Assembly (NCBI GenBank): GCA_951406725.2
Contig: OX597827.1
Span: 68,758,001-68,822,000 of the forward strand
Source of the DNA: Octopus vulgaris
Taxonomy: Eukaryota
Length of the DNA: 64,000 nt
Direction: 5' to 3'
Position 1 is the stretch's first letter; the number at the start of each line of letters is the position of its first letter. The translations under genes were made by a program, and so were the position numbers. Below, one piece after another: positions 41,968-58,385 of this stretch. The notes under the pieces are model-generated. The model was not told the DNA's origin. It saw only the letters and a program-made list of their open reading frames with translations, and searched no databases.

Positions 41968-43588
41968 GTACGTACGTACGTACATACATACATACATACA
42001 TACATACATACATACATACATACATACATACATACATACATGTATATATATATGCATAGATATATACGTACGTACATGTATATATTTACATGCAGATAAG
42101 ACGCACAGTCACAAAAAATGTTTAAATATATACACACACACACACACACATTCAAGGCAATACCCTAGCATGGCCGCAACCCAAGAACTGAAACAAATAA
42201 AAGCCAAAAGATAATGGATGTGTTCTTCGATGATGCAAAGACATCTTGATAATGTCATAAGCCTTCAAAGGGAATCAATGCTGACCAAAACAAAACCAAG
42301 TTCCAGGATTCCGGCGCCTTGAGAAAACAGTTTGGCAATTATTTCAGAATGGGCAGGAGCAGCTATAGATTTCGAATTTTGGCACAAGGCCAGCAATTTC
42401 GAGGGAGGCTATAAGTCGAGTACTCAACTGGTACTTATTTTATCGACACCGAAAGGATGAAAAGCAAAGTTGGTCTCGGCGGAATTTGAACTCAGAACGT
42501 AGTCACCGACGATATGCTGCTAAGCGTTTTGCCTGACATGCTAACCATTCTGCCTAACCATTGTGCTCCAGCATGGCCACAGTCAAATGACTGAAACAAG
42601 TTAAAAGGGTATAAGAATATAGGCACATGGTCTGATATTTTGCTGGAAGGAGGCTAGTCGATTACAGCAGCCTTAGTGACTAACTGGTCCAGGAATCGAA
42701 ACCACAATCTTACGATCATGATGCTGAGACCCTAACTACTAAGCCACGCGCCTCCACAAAAGCAACATCCATATATCATTGTCGCCACCATAACCTCTAT
42801 CATTCCGTGTTATGTAACGTTCCTCTCTACTTTTCCGACATTTTACGCAGTGATTATTTCAGCTTGAAAATCGGCGGTTTATTAGATCGACCACAGAAAC
42901 ACCCGTACAACATATTCCACCACTTTCTCTAAATCTTGTCAGTCACAGAAACCCATCACAGAACTTTTTTCCCATCCTTCTCAATCATTTTTTTTTTTTT
43001 GCAAACATCTAAAGCAACCGTAGCCTTTTTCCTGTCAAAAGAGATTATTTTCGTGAGCCTTTTTCTTTCCTGTTCATGGAACTTAATGCCTCTCTTTTTT
43101 TTTATTGCTTCTCTCTCTACTGGACCTAGTTTTATGGGGCGAGTGGTTCTCCTTTCTCCTGTTTTGATGGACCATTCTATGTGTGGCAGTTAATAAATTG
43201 TCTAATTTTCTTTCGTTCTTTCAGATTCTTTTTTGATAGTTCTAAAGCTTATAACATTCATTACGATGTTTTGAAAAAAAAGTCCCCATTTTTTTTTCTT
43301 TGCAATGTGACCGAGATATCCATACTTTTTACAATGGAGCCCATCAAGTCTAAAGAAAAGACATTTTATAAGTGTGTATGCGTGTATGTGTGCGTGTTTG
43401 TGTGTCTGTGTGCGTGTATGTATGTATGTATGTATATATGCATGTATGTATGTATGTATGTATGTATGTATGTATGTATGTATGTATGTATATATGTATG
43501 TATGTATGTATGTATGCATGCATGCATGTATGTATGTATGTATGTATGTATGTATGTATGTATGTATGTATGTATGTATGTATGTATG

Positions 43589-43620
<32 letters not shown>

Positions 43621-43879
43621 TGTATGTATGTATGTATGTATGTATGTATGTATGTATGTATGTACGTATGTATGTATGTATGTATGTATGTAAGTATGTA
43701 CGTATGTATGTATGTATGCATGCATGTATATGTGCAGATTTGTATGTATGTATGTATGTATGTATGTATGTATGTATGTATGTATGTGTTTGTGTATGCA
43801 TGTTTGTGTATGCATGTTTGTGTGTATGTATCTGCACTCACTTCTGTGTTTGTATGAACGTAGAATGTAGCTTCTTACA

Positions 43880-44053
43880 AGGCGGCGAGCTGGCAGAAAC
43901 GTTAAGCGTGCCGGGCGAAAGGCTTTTAGCGGTATTTCGTCTGTCTTTACGTTCCGAGTTCAAATTCCGCCGAGGTCGACTTTGCCTTTCATCCTTTCAA
44001 GGTCGATAAATTAAGTACCAGTTACGCACTGGGGTCGATGTAATCGACTTAAT
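43880..44053 (+). mobile_element. SINE B with intact head
   Basis: GGCGGCGAGCTGGCAGAAACG...GAGTTCAAATTCCGCC. Confidence 0.85.
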
Positions 44054-44104
44054 GTTATACCAGCTATATACATGTACCGGCTATATACATGTGTGTGTGT
44101 GTGT

Positions 44105-44141
<37 letters not shown>

Positions 44142-44306
44142 TGTAGGCGCAAGTGTGGCTGTGTGGTAAGAAACTTGCCTCCCAACCACATGGTTCCGAG
44201 TTTAGTCACACTGCGTGGCACCTTGGTTAAATGTCTTCTACAACAGCTTCGAGCTGACCAAAGCCTTGTGGGTAGATTATGTAGACGGAAACTGAAAGAA
44301 GCCCGT

Positions 44307-44340
<34 letters not shown>

Positions 44341-44492
44341 GGGAGTATAACTCCAAACTTACAGGGGAAAATTCAATTTAGTATTAAATCAAATTTCACA
44401 ATATAAATATATAAAATATAAATTAGAGATAAAACCACTATTATGCAACTCAAAGTGATAGACATAACCCCAAATTTGGTTATATATATATA

Positions 44493-45048
44493 TATCCGTA
44501 AATATAAAAGAGTTACCGTTAAATTGGTTAACTCTAGTGCTAGAAATAGCTCCTTATTCTGGTATAGCCGCCGTAAATATTACATGCGGTATTAGCTCCC
44601 ACTAAGTCTTACCATATGCTTTTGGCGGGGAACCTGGGATCACAACTATGTGTGCAATCGATTGGACCGCATGGGTAATTGTCGCCCGTGAGGGTTTAAT
44701 AAATTGTATCAATGACAAATACTGCTGATGATTTATAGATAAATATGTGAGTATAATTGCATATTATATTGATAAAGAAACAATTGTACAGTATTAATCT
44801 ATCTTTTCGTTGTATTTCACTTTCCTTACGTTGAAGGTAATATTATTTCTTTGTGGAAGCATCGGCGGCGGCTATACCAGAATAAGAAGCTATTTCTAGC
44901 ACTAGAGTTAACCAATTTAACGGTAACTCTCTTATATTTACGGATAAATTTGTATTGTCTCCCTGGTTTTTTATGTGCTAGGCCGCTTGGTGTTAAACTA
45001 ATGGTATTATTAAATTAATATCTAATTTTTCACCCTCATTTATGAATG
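44493..45048. mobile_element. Fold-back element with ~80-bp inverted repeat
   Basis: 44493-44573 is inverted at about 44866-44946; distal end is homologous (reverse complement) to 36970-37035. Confidence 0.7.
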
Positions 45049-45151
45049 TATATATATATTCTTCGACTAAGAAACCCTTTAAGACGGTACTCCAGTATGG
45101 CCGTGGTCAAATGACTGAAACAACTAAAAGAGTATATATATATGTGTGTGC

Positions 45152-45185
<34 letters not shown>

Positions 45186-45530
45186 TTATACGCATATATA
45201 TATGCGTGTGTTTAACATATGGGAGAAAGAAAATACAATTTACGCGATTCTTTATTAATCACTACGATCGTTTCGACCTACCTTGCATCGATCCCTCGCT
45301 GGTGAAATAATTCTGCACAAATATATTGGTGCAGATGTGTTTCGCCAGGTGCCTTGCGTGTGTATTCATGTATATACATATATATATATATATATATTAT
45401 ACCATTTTATATAGAAACTGTTAGCATTAACAACACTCAGAAACAGGCTAGAAGTTCCAATTTATGATTTCAATGGAGGCAATACGAACGGAAACGAACT
45501 TTATATTAATTCATTAATGAAAGTACACAT

Positions 45531-45925
45531 AGGCGCGGGAGTGGCTGTGTGGTAAGTAGCTTGCTAACCAACCACATGGTTCCGGGTTCAGTCCCACTGC
45601 GTGGCATCTTGGGCAAGTGTCTTCTGCTATAGCCCCGGGCCAACCAATGCCTTGTGAGTGGATTTGGTAGACGGAAACTGAAAGAAGCCTGTCGTATATA
45701 TGTATATATATATGTATGTGTGTGTGTGTGTTTGTGTGTCTGTGTTTGTCCCCCTAGCATTGCTTGACAACCGATGCTGATGTGTTTACGTCCCCGTCAC
45801 TTAGCGATTCGGCAAAAGAGACCGATAGAATAAGTACTGGGCTTACAAAGAATAAGTCCCGGTGCTCCAGCATGGCCGCAGTCAAATGACTGAAACAATT
45901 AAAAGAGTAAAAGATAGTAAAAGAG
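45531..45925 (+). mobile_element. SINE A with a small internal deletion
   Basis: Consensus match. Confidence 0.88.
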
Positions 45926-46022
45926 TATATATACTGAAATTATACATATATATACTGAATTTTCTATTGGATAATAGGTTATGTTCCTCTAGTTTTCAGT
46001 TCGCATTGCATTCAAATTATGC

Positions 46023-46082
<60 letters not shown>

Positions 46083-46176
46083 GTGAGTGTGTGTGTGTGT
46101 GTGTGTATCTTTATGAGGGGACATTATGTATGTGTATGATTGTATGAATATGTGTGCTTATGCAAGTATTGCGGTT

Positions 46177-46245
<69 letters not shown>

Positions 46246-46494
46246 TTCAGTGTATCTTCTGCCGTTGTTTTTTACTCTTTGTTTAACCATAGGTCAACCT
46301 TCATCGGACAGACTCAGAATTAAATAGAGATTCTCACTATTCTTTCCGGGTATCGCGTATCTCATATGGCGTTATGTAATGTGGATATCATATGCAAAAA
46401 GATAGATACAGCAAGCTGTCATTTAATGGAAAATTCGGTTACTATTCCTAGCAAGACAAGCGATCACTTATTTACTGGCATCCTTATAGGCTTG

Positions 46495-47725
<1,231 letters not shown>

Positions 47726-47879
47726 TCTCGCATTGTACCCCCCCCCCCCCCAACACTATCTCCCATTCTATTCTGTTCACAATACTCATAGATTTTTACC
47801 CCTACGAAATGTAATACCTTTTTCCGAAATCTCCATTTACAGGAAAACATTCTCACGTAAGATCACACACAACAAACAG

Positions 47880-47936
<57 letters not shown>

Positions 47937-48130
47937 TACATGCAAGTACACACGTACACCGCCATATGTACAGACACACATGCTGACTTTAGCAGAGATC
48001 CAACCACACACACATACACACATAGAAGACAAGCGCGCATACACATATGCGCACACTCACGAATACACACATACGTACACACAACCGCACACTGTGAAAC
48101 CATACATCGTTTCAAACAACATATAAATAA

Positions 48131-48228
<98 letters not shown>

Positions 48229-48229
48229 T

Positions 48230-48599
48230 TTTATTCTTTTACTTGCTTCAGTCATTTGGCTTCGACCATGCTGGAGCACCGTCTTTAGTAAAGCAAATCG
48301 ACCCCCAGGACTTATTCTTTTTGTTAGCCTAGTACTTTTTCTATTGCTCTATTTCGCCGAACCGCTAAATTACGGAAAAGTAAACACATCAGCATCGGCT
48401 GTCAAGCGATTTTGTGGGGACAAACATATACACACGCTATCATATGCGAGCGCACACACACACACAAGGCTTTGGTCGGCCCGAGGCTATAGTAGAAGAC
48501 ACTTGCCTAGGGTGCCACGCAGTGGGACTGAACCCGGAACCAAGTGGTTGGGAAGCAAGCTACTTACCACACAGCCACTCCTATAAAGCCACCCCTGCG

Positions 48600-48670
<71 letters not shown>

Positions 48671-48734
48671 CGTAGGAGTGGTTGTGTGGTAGTAGCTGCT
48701 TACGCTCGTAGACGGAAATTGAAAGAAGCCTGTC

Positions 48735-48784
<50 letters not shown>

Positions 48785-49010
48785 TGTGTGTATATGTTTG
48801 TGTGTCTGTGTTTGTCCACCTAGCATTGCTTGACAACCGATGCTGGTGTATTTATGTCCCCGTCACTTAGCGGTTCGGCAAAAGAGAACGATAGAATAAG
48901 TACTGGGCTTACAAAGAATATGTCCCGAGGTCGAGTTGCTCGATTAAAAGGCGGTGCTCCAGCATGGCTGCAGTCAAATGACTGAAACAAGTAAAAGAGT
49001 AAAAGAGAGT
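48230..49010. mobile_element. Two SINE A copies in inverted (head-to-head) orientation
   Basis: 48230-48583 minus and 48668-49010 plus, separated by (TA)n. Confidence 0.85.
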
Positions 49011-49230
49011 AAAGAGAATATATACATACACACAAATACACACACATATATATATATGTGTGTGTGAGTATATACGTGTGCGGATGTGTATTTATACGCA
49101 TATGCTGTGTATGTACGCATATATATATGTGAATATGTGTGTAAGTGTAAAATATAAAGATATATTTCTATACATATGTATATTTGTATATATATGTGTG
49201 TGTGTGTGTGTGTGTATGTTTGAGTGTGTG

Positions 49231-49337
<107 letters not shown>

Positions 49338-49594
49338 AACATATATATACTGGGACCTTGAAGACTGCTTTAATGCAAGAAAGTATACTCGTCCCTAAAT
49401 ATTTTATATTCCATATTTCATCTATTCAATAAGACAATCAATACTTCTTTTCATTTTACTATATATATTATTTATACTATATATTCTATATTCTACATTA
49501 ATATTATAAAGAATATAAATATAACATAAAAACTAGACTGAGTTGGAATTCCTTTGAATAATATATATCCCTCCATACACAATCATGCAAACCC

Positions 49595-49685
<91 letters not shown>

Positions 49686-49878
49686 AATATATATATTATA
49701 TACATATATGCATACATATATATAAATTCCAAGCAAGTTAGAGGTTGTGAATCCAACCAACTAAGGGATAATATCTATCTATGTTGATTATATTTTTAGT
49801 AAATAAATAAATTAATTGACATAATATAATGTCTAAAAGTTTATGGACCACCTATTGATCCCCTCCATTTTCTTATTG

Positions 49879-49975
<97 letters not shown>

Positions 49976-52147
49976 AAACACTTTTCTCATAAACACAGAC
50001 ACACAATTACACAAGTTTTCAAACGCAAGCATAACTCTATACATACACACACATCACCACCATCTCCACCAACACACACATACACATAATCATATGCATA
50101 TAGCCTGTAGCCACCACTGAAATAATTCCATGGTTGTCCGCCGGAACGATGATGATCATCCTGCCATCCTAAAGGATGACCTTGTTTAAAGTGAAGAAGA
50201 GTTACACACCGTGAAACTCACACTGGCCGGCGTTCGTGATTATCTTCAATCCGGTGGCAAGACCAGATCAAGACGACTGAGGATGTAGACCGATGCAAGA
50301 TTTGACAAAAATACCTTTCTTGCTTCTTCTTACTCGCTCCACACCATAATGCATTGTTGCCTGCAGCTGCCTTCCTCTCCGTTGAATCATAAAACTTGCT
50401 TCTGTTGCGTCCGCCAGATCCAATCTTCTCATGCATTGGTAGGCAAGCCTTAAAATGTATGTCTTTCCATACAAAGGTAGGCAAGCCCTAAGTTGGGACC
50501 CTAACAAGTGCTGCTACTCTGGGTTACAGTAGATCTGGAAACAATAGCGGTTAAGAGGTGATTCCACACTCTTCAAAAGCCTGGAACTTCCGAACCAGGG
50601 CCCCTCTAACAGATGCTTCTAAAGTGACAAGCACGGCAGCTGAAACCAGAACAAGGTGGTAACGCTTGATGAAAGACCTCAAGAGGAACCCTTCAGCAAA
50701 TGAAAAGGTATTCTACCCTCGCTGCTCCACTCAGGTGAAGCGTACAGGGTAAAGGACAAAATGCTTATGACCCTGAGATACAGGCTGATGAGCCTGAAGG
50801 GTCTCCAACATGGCGAAGGATTTAGAAGGAAAGTTTGCAAAACCACTGAGTAGCTGCTGCATTTTCTGCGAAGAGCAAAGCATCTCTCGAGTTTTATATC
50901 ATCATAACCAATCCTTACTTTTTTTTTTTACCTGGTTTGCAAAGATTCTTTATGTGAATTCGTGTGTTGAAACATATTTTGTTGCGTCTAGGAAGAGTCA
51001 TTATGCCAGTATTATTGAAACATGCACATCTCACTTTGGTTCAATTCCATTCCTTAATAATTTATCGATTGGTTAATGAACCAATTAACTAATCCTTCTT
51101 GCTATTATAAACCAAATCAAACTGGTCGGTCTAGCAACTTATGGTCGTCTGTTTTTGTCTTCCATTTACACCACGCTCTGTCTCTCCCTCACTCTCTCTC
51201 CTATTCCCTCACTCTCCTTCTGCTTCTCCCTCTTTCTCTCTTTCTCTCCCTCTCTATCTATCACACATACATACACACACACACACTCATACACCACCAC
51301 TCTCCATTCCACTTTCGTTATTACATTTGTGTCTCTTACATGATCAAACTTCTATCTACAAATACAATCGTCTGCTTTTTCTTCCAGTTACACCACTCTC
51401 TTTCTCTCTCATTCTCCCTCCCTCTCTCTCTCTCTCTCTCTCACGCTCAGACACACATACCCACTCACTCTCACCCTCTCTACCACTCTCTATTCCACCC
51501 TCTTTCTACATTTATATCATCCTTATACGAACAAGCAGACGATTCGAGATAACAACTACAGTCGTCTGCCTGTTTCTTCCAGTTTCATCGCACGCTCCTT
51601 TTCTCTTTTCCTCTCTCACTTCCTCTCTCCCTCTCTCACTCACTACCACCTTCTACTCCTCCCCCTTATGTACCTCCGTCTCTCCCTTATGTGAACAATC
51701 GCTCTCCAACGCCGTCACCGCCACCACCAACACGGCCAGTGCTTCCACCAGTTCTAACACCATTTCACAAAGTTCGTAGTGTCTGTTTGACTCCACCCTG
51801 TTCCCCACTCACGCTCACAGCTACCCCCTTCTCACCGTTCACAAGCTTAGCACCTGTTCTTACCCTTCAGACTTTGGTTAGAACATTTTCTGACTTCTGC
51901 TTCTGGGTTTGGCAAAGTACTACTGGGTCGTCTGCATCCTTTCTGTTATACACACACACGCACTTATACACACATACGCACACACATACGGACGAACGGG
52001 CGCGTACACACCCGCACACACACACACATACACACGCGTGCGTGAAGACGCACTCACGAACGTGTACACGCACTCACACAACAGACATGTAACATACACA
52101 CATGCATACACATCCACATATACGCATTCACACACACATGCACACAC

Positions 52148-52180
<33 letters not shown>

Positions 52181-52758
52181 CATACATACATACACACAAA
52201 TAGTTAAGCAGAGACAGGCACACACACACATAGACACACGCACACTGACGCACACACGCACAAACGCACGCACACATAAGCAAGACACAGACAAACACAT
52301 ACACACATACATACACACTCACACATACTTAAACGCACACATACACACACACATGCATTCATAAACACATACATACAAACATACATACACACTCACAGAG
52401 ATATGCACACTCACACTTACTTAAACGCGCACACACACACACACACGCTCACTCAACACACGCGCGCGCACAAACACACACATGCATTCCTAAACACATA
52501 CATACATACATATACACTCACAGAGATATGCACACTCACACTTAAGCGCACACACTCATAGACACACACACACGAACGCACACACGCACGCAACACACAC
52601 GCATTCACGCACATGTATTCACCCTAACATACATACACACTCACACAGATGTGCACACACATACTTAAGCGCATACATACGTACACACACGCATACACAA
52701 ACGCACGCATTCACACACACATTCACACACACATACATACACACTCACACATACATAG

Positions 52759-52797
<39 letters not shown>

Positions 52798-52887
52798 CAA
52801 ATCAAAAATATAACAAAAATAAATACACGAAAACGGCAATTGTCAAAAGGACGTACGCCGTGAATGTGAACGGTAAAAATGAAAGCG

Positions 52888-52926
52888 TGTGCGACGTTTC
52901 GAGCTTGGATCTTCGTCAGAAAGAGC
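52888..52926 (-). ncRNA. Minimal hammerhead motif with intact core
   Basis: CTGACGA A GATC CAA GCTC GAAAC GTC; stem I is poor. Confidence 0.55.
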
Positions 52927-52991
52927 AAAGAAGGAAAAGTCGAGTGAGAAGGAAGAGTATACTCTGCGGAAAGCACGCGTGTGTTATCTGT

Positions 52992-54050
52992 CTTTTACTC
53001 TCTTTTACTTGTTTCAGTCATTTGACTGCGGCCATGCTGGAGCACCGCATTTAGTCGAGCAAATCGACCCCCAGGACTTATTCTTTGTAAGCCTAGTACT
53101 TATTCTATCGGTCCCTTTTGCCGAACCACTAATTTACAGGGACGTAAAAACACCAGCATCGGTTGTCCAGCAATGTGGGTGGGGGGACAAACACAGACAC
53201 ATAAACACACATACACACATATATACATATACATATACATATACATATATACGACGGGATTCTTTCAGTTTCCGTCTACCAAATCCACTCACAAGGTTTT
53301 TGATGGCCCGAGGCTATAGTAGAAGACACTTACCCTAGATACCACGCAGTGGAATGAACCTGGAACCATGTGGTTGGTAAGCAAGCTACTTACCACACAG
53401 CCACTCCTGCGCCTATGTACATTGTTTGGTAAGAAGGTGGGTAAGAAGTTTACTTCCCAATTACATGCTCCCGGTTTCAGTTCCACTATGTGGCATCTTT
53501 GGCAAATGACCTCTTTTATAACCCTGGGCTCGATCTATTATTTTTGCATCTAGTTAAGTTACCAAATGAGGATTTAGATACTCGTTTATATGATTTCTAA
53601 TTTAAAGCTTAATCTTATTATCCTTTTACTCGTTTTAGTCATAGAACTGCGACCATCCTGCGACCCCACATTGAAAGGTGCTGTTTTTTTAAGAACATGA
53701 TACTTGTTCTATGGCTCACTTTTTGCCGAACAGCTAAGTTACGGGGACGTAATCAAACCAACAGCGACTGTCAAGTGGTGGGGAAACAAACACAAAACAG
53801 ACATATTCTTTTAGCTATTTCAGTCATTTGATAGCGACCATGCTGGAGCACCGCCTTAAAGGGTTTTTCAGTCGAAGAAATCGACCCCAGGACTTATTCT
53901 TTGTAAGCCTAGTACTTATTCTATCGGTCTCTTTTGATGAAACGCTAAGTCACGGGGACGTAAACATACCAATATCGGTTGTCAAGCGATGGTAGGGTGA
54001 CAAACACAGACACACACACATAAATACACACACACACGAATATATATGTA

Positions 54051-54082
<32 letters not shown>

Positions 54083-54240
54083 CAACGGGATTCTTTCAGT
54101 TTCCGTCGACCAAATCCACTCACAAAGCCTTGGTCAACTCGGAGCAGTTGTTGAAGATACTTGCCCTAGTTACCGCACAGTGGGACTGAACCAGAGACCA
54201 TTAGGATGAGAAGCGAACTTCTTACGACACAGCCACGCCT
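52992..54240 (-). mobile_element. Cluster of SINE A copies (52992-53413, 53620-53800, 53805-54240)
   Basis: Consensus matches of differing divergence. Confidence 0.85.
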
Positions 54241-54956
54241 GTGCATAAACGCAAACGTTTAAAATGAGAAATTACCGACGCCTTTAATTTGGAAGAATTC
54301 TTCAGATTCTGTTGTTTATGAATAAATAATATTATATTGTCGCTTAATTTAATATTTTGTCTTTTTTAAGCAATTAAATCGGGAATAAGGTTCGTGCGTT
54401 TTATGACTTATTAAACAATTTAATTATTAAATCAAGAATACCGTTCTTTAATTAATTAATAATTATTAAGCAATTATATCAGGAATAAATTCTGTACAAT
54501 ATGAAAAACTTTTGAAATATTCTTAAATAGTTTTACTGCAGAAATCAAGATATATCCACTCAAATTTTCATTATCCAATTTTCATTAACCAATTATCGTT
54601 TGTTGAGGAATGGAATATTTGAAACTATTTTTTATTGAGATATTTCAAGCTTATTGAGGCAGCATGACTTACCGAAAATACCAATTCTTTTTTTTTTTTT
54701 ATTATTTTCGTTGTTTCTGGAAATTTAACATCGTTACTGGAATATCCATGAAATTTAATTTCACCATCAAAGGAAATTATGTTAATCGATGTGGAAAGAA
54801 TTTTATTCGGGAATTTTTATTTACATTTTTAAGTTAATGTATTAAAAATGATGTTTGAAAGTTTATGAGAAGTCGAACGAGAAAGATAGGAGGATGGAAA
54901 CAAAGATCTCTCTTTGAGCGGTAGGAACCGTCATAAACAAACATCCAAACGTTCTA

Positions 54957-55083
54957 CAGGGTATCCAAAAAGTCTGGGTACATGGAGTAAGTAAAATCAT
55001 AACATAAAGAATTAAATATAAGAAATAATAATTTCTTAAAGTATGTGTCAATCTCCATGTACCCAGACTTTGTGGACACCCTG
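54957..55083. mobile_element. 127-bp Tc1/mariner-type MITE
   Basis: TA|CAGGGTATCCAAAAAGTCTGGGTACATGGAG ... CTCCATGTACCCAGACTTTGTGGACACCCTG|TA. Confidence 0.92.
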
Positions 55084-55157
55084 TATATTTGAGAAATGAG
55101 GAATTCTGTATATTTTTTTACATTGGACGGGTGTGTGTCCTCATCTTGTTTGTTGTT

Positions 55158-55205
55158 ACCACTACGTTTTGGCCTGATGTACTCTCCAGCCTTCATCAGG
55201 TGTCC
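55158..55205 (-). ncRNA. Degenerate minimal hammerhead in a short element downstream of (AAT)n
   Basis: CAC CTGATGA A GGCTG gagagtacat CAGGCC AAAAC GTA GTG; GAAA has become AAAA. Confidence 0.5.
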
Positions 55206-55261
55206 TGGTAGAATTTTTTAAACCCAGCCCTGGGTTGTCATTCCTAAAGTATTTTTATTGC

Positions 55262-55334
<73 letters not shown>

Positions 55335-55337
<3 letters not shown>

Positions 55338-55890
55338 GAGTGAGAGAGCAGTGCATGCCATCAAAGTGACACTGCGGAGAAATATACGAAGCCCAGTACA
55401 TCCATCATGATTACCCGTCTGATAAGGGTACACCAGGCACTGCATCACAACCATATATGCGCGACATGGTGATCTCATATCAAGATAAACAGCACATGAC
55501 CTAGCAGGTGGGGCCCAGTTAGAATTTTCTTCTGGTCGAGTAGCCCATCCTACTCAAAAGGTCCCTGAATAAGGGTTGTTTAAAGATGATGAACGAAACA
55601 CCCATGTTTCCAGAGGTGAATAATTCAAACCCAAAAGAATCCATCTCAACACATGGCTATGATGCTCCCCCACTACTTCTGCTCGTGATCAGAGATGCAC
55701 ATATCGTCAGCCACTAAGGGACATGCTCAACTGGTTAAGGTCAAACAACTGACAAGCAAATCTGTGGTACTGAGCAGAATATTTCCTGTATCCCATCTTT
55801 TATACCTAGACAAAACAATGTACATGATAACACTTCCAATCAGTTAAGATCAAAAGCCACGAGAGCCACTGCCTGATACTGCATCAGGGC
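55335..55890 (-). mobile_element. Family D ~555-bp non-coding element embedded in (ATT)n
   Basis: (ATT)n on both sides; homologous fragments at 18233-18640 and 19417-19590. Orientation is inferred. Confidence 0.75.
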
Positions 55891-55891
55891 A

Positions 55892-56004
<113 letters not shown>

Positions 56005-56027
56005 CATTATTATTATTATCATTATTA

Positions 56028-56104
<77 letters not shown>

Positions 56105-56157
56105 CATTATTATTATTATCATTATTATTATTATCATTATTATTATTATCATTATTA

Positions 56158-56241
<84 letters not shown>

Positions 56242-56362
56242 TGTCATTGTTTTCCTTGTTGCTGGACCCTCTACATTTTTCTCCTTTCCCTTAAGCGGTT
56301 TTCCTCTCAAGAATAATTTTACGGCTGTTTAGTTCCTCGGCTCGTCTTCGCTCCCCTCCTCT

Positions 56363-56405
<43 letters not shown>

Positions 56406-56453
56406 ACAAACACACACTTTCTCTTTCTCTAACTGTCTCTCTCTCCCTCTCCC

Positions 56454-56518
<65 letters not shown>

Positions 56519-56879
56519 GTGAGCGTTCTTTCTCCTCATCCCCTCCGCTATCCCATCCACATACTCCAAAATCATTCACACTATTTTTACCCCACCCCTG
56601 TCACCCCTTTAACTTTCAAAGGTACCCTGGAATACAAGAATACAATGAACGACGGTTAGATATATGATACACGCCTGCACATTGTAGGGCTGGGTGGAAG
56701 GAAGGGGGCCTTCGGAGCATCAAACTCAAGTAGGACTTACATTGACATCCTGCTCAGATATCTGAAACAGTCTTTTTATAATAATACCATTCACATCTAA
56801 GATGCCTGATGCGAATGTCTGCGAAGGTGCGTAGCCACATGGTTATAGTGTCCAGTTCAGGATCATAAGACGGCTTTGC

Positions 56880-57195
56880 AAGCGTGTGGTTCCTAGTTCA
56901 GTCCCACCGTGCGGCACTCTGGGCAAAGTCTTCTACTATGGTCCCGGGCCGATATAATCGACTTAATCCGTTTGTCTGTCCTTGTTTGTCCTCTCTGTGT
57001 TTCTTAGTAAAGAAATATGTATTTCGTCTGTCGTTAAGATCTGTGTTCAAATCACGCCGAGGTTGACTTTGCCTTTTGTCATTTCGGGGTCGAGAAATTA
57101 AGTACAAGTTGCGTATTGGGATCGATCTAATCGACTGAACACACCACCCCCCACCCAACCCCAAATATTTCGGGCCTTGTGCCTAGTCTAGAAAC
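56880..57195 (+). mobile_element. Chimera of SINE A head, B1 tail and a B2 copy
   Basis: A sequence to ...cccgggccga, then tataatcgacttaatccg (B1 tail), then B body with B2 tail. Confidence 0.65.
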
Positions 57196-57449
57196 GATTC
57201 ATAGACATATTCTCTTTCGACTGAACTTTGGCAAGATCTGAAATTCTAGGAATCACGGAATGCCGAAAGATAATCCAAATATTTAATCTGCATCTGATAA
57301 TCGTTATGCATTTCAGATAAGACTTATAAAAAATTTGAGGTCGAAGATATGAGTGAGGCTACTTGTTTGCGGATGAGAGTTTCTGTGCGGGGTCTGTATA
57401 TATGCGCGCGCATGTGTGTGTGTGTGTTTGTGAGAGAGAGAGAGAGAGA

Positions 57450-57506
<57 letters not shown>

Positions 57507-58332
57507 TATGTGCTTGAGTGTGTGCGAGCACGTGTGTGAGATTATGTGTGTGTTAGAGTGTTAGAGTGTGTGTGATTATGTGTGTGAGAGTGCGTGCGTG
57601 TGAGAATGTGTGAGTGTGTGTGCTTGAGTGTGTGTGAGTACGTGTGAGTATACGTGTGTGAGACTGCGTGTGTGTGAGTGTATGTGCTTGAGTGTGTTGA
57701 GTATGTGTGTGAGATTATGTGCTTGTGAGTGTGTGTGTGTATGTGCCTGAGTGTGTGTGAGTACGTGTGTGAGACTCCGTGTGTGTGAGGGTGTATGAAT
57801 GTATGTGTGTGTGTGAAAGTTTGTGTGTACATGTATGTGTGAGAGTGTGTGTATATGTTTGAGTGTTTATGCGTGCAAGTGTGTATGAGCATGTGTATGC
57901 GGGTGCATGCGAGAGTGTGTGTATGTGTGTGTGTGTGCGTATGTGTACATGTGTATATGTGTATGTGTGTGTGTAAGAATCTCTATGGTGTGTGTATACC
58001 GGTGTATGTGTAAGTGAATGTGTTTATGTCTGCGAGCGTGTTTGTATGAATGTGTATGTGTGCGAGTGTACACATGCACATAGATATATGATGCACACAC
58101 ACATACATGCATACGTGTGTGTGTGTGTGTGTGTGCACGGGCGTGTATGAATGTAAGTACAACTATGTACATGTGTGTGTGTGCGTATGTGCCTGTGTTA
58201 CTCTTCTATGTGTATATGTGTATGAGTATATGTTTAGGAGTGTGTGTGTGCGTGTGCGAGTACGCTTATGAGTACACGCGTGTGTGTTTCCTATGCCTCT
58301 GTGAATGCGTGTGTATAGAAAGTGTGCATGCG

Positions 58333-58385
<53 letters not shown>

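Noticed and set aside
50790-50830. CTGATGA GCC...GGC GAAG hammerhead candidate
   Set aside because: No GAAA and no stem I or III; more likely part of an old retroelement UTR (50090-50880) that I cannot classify.
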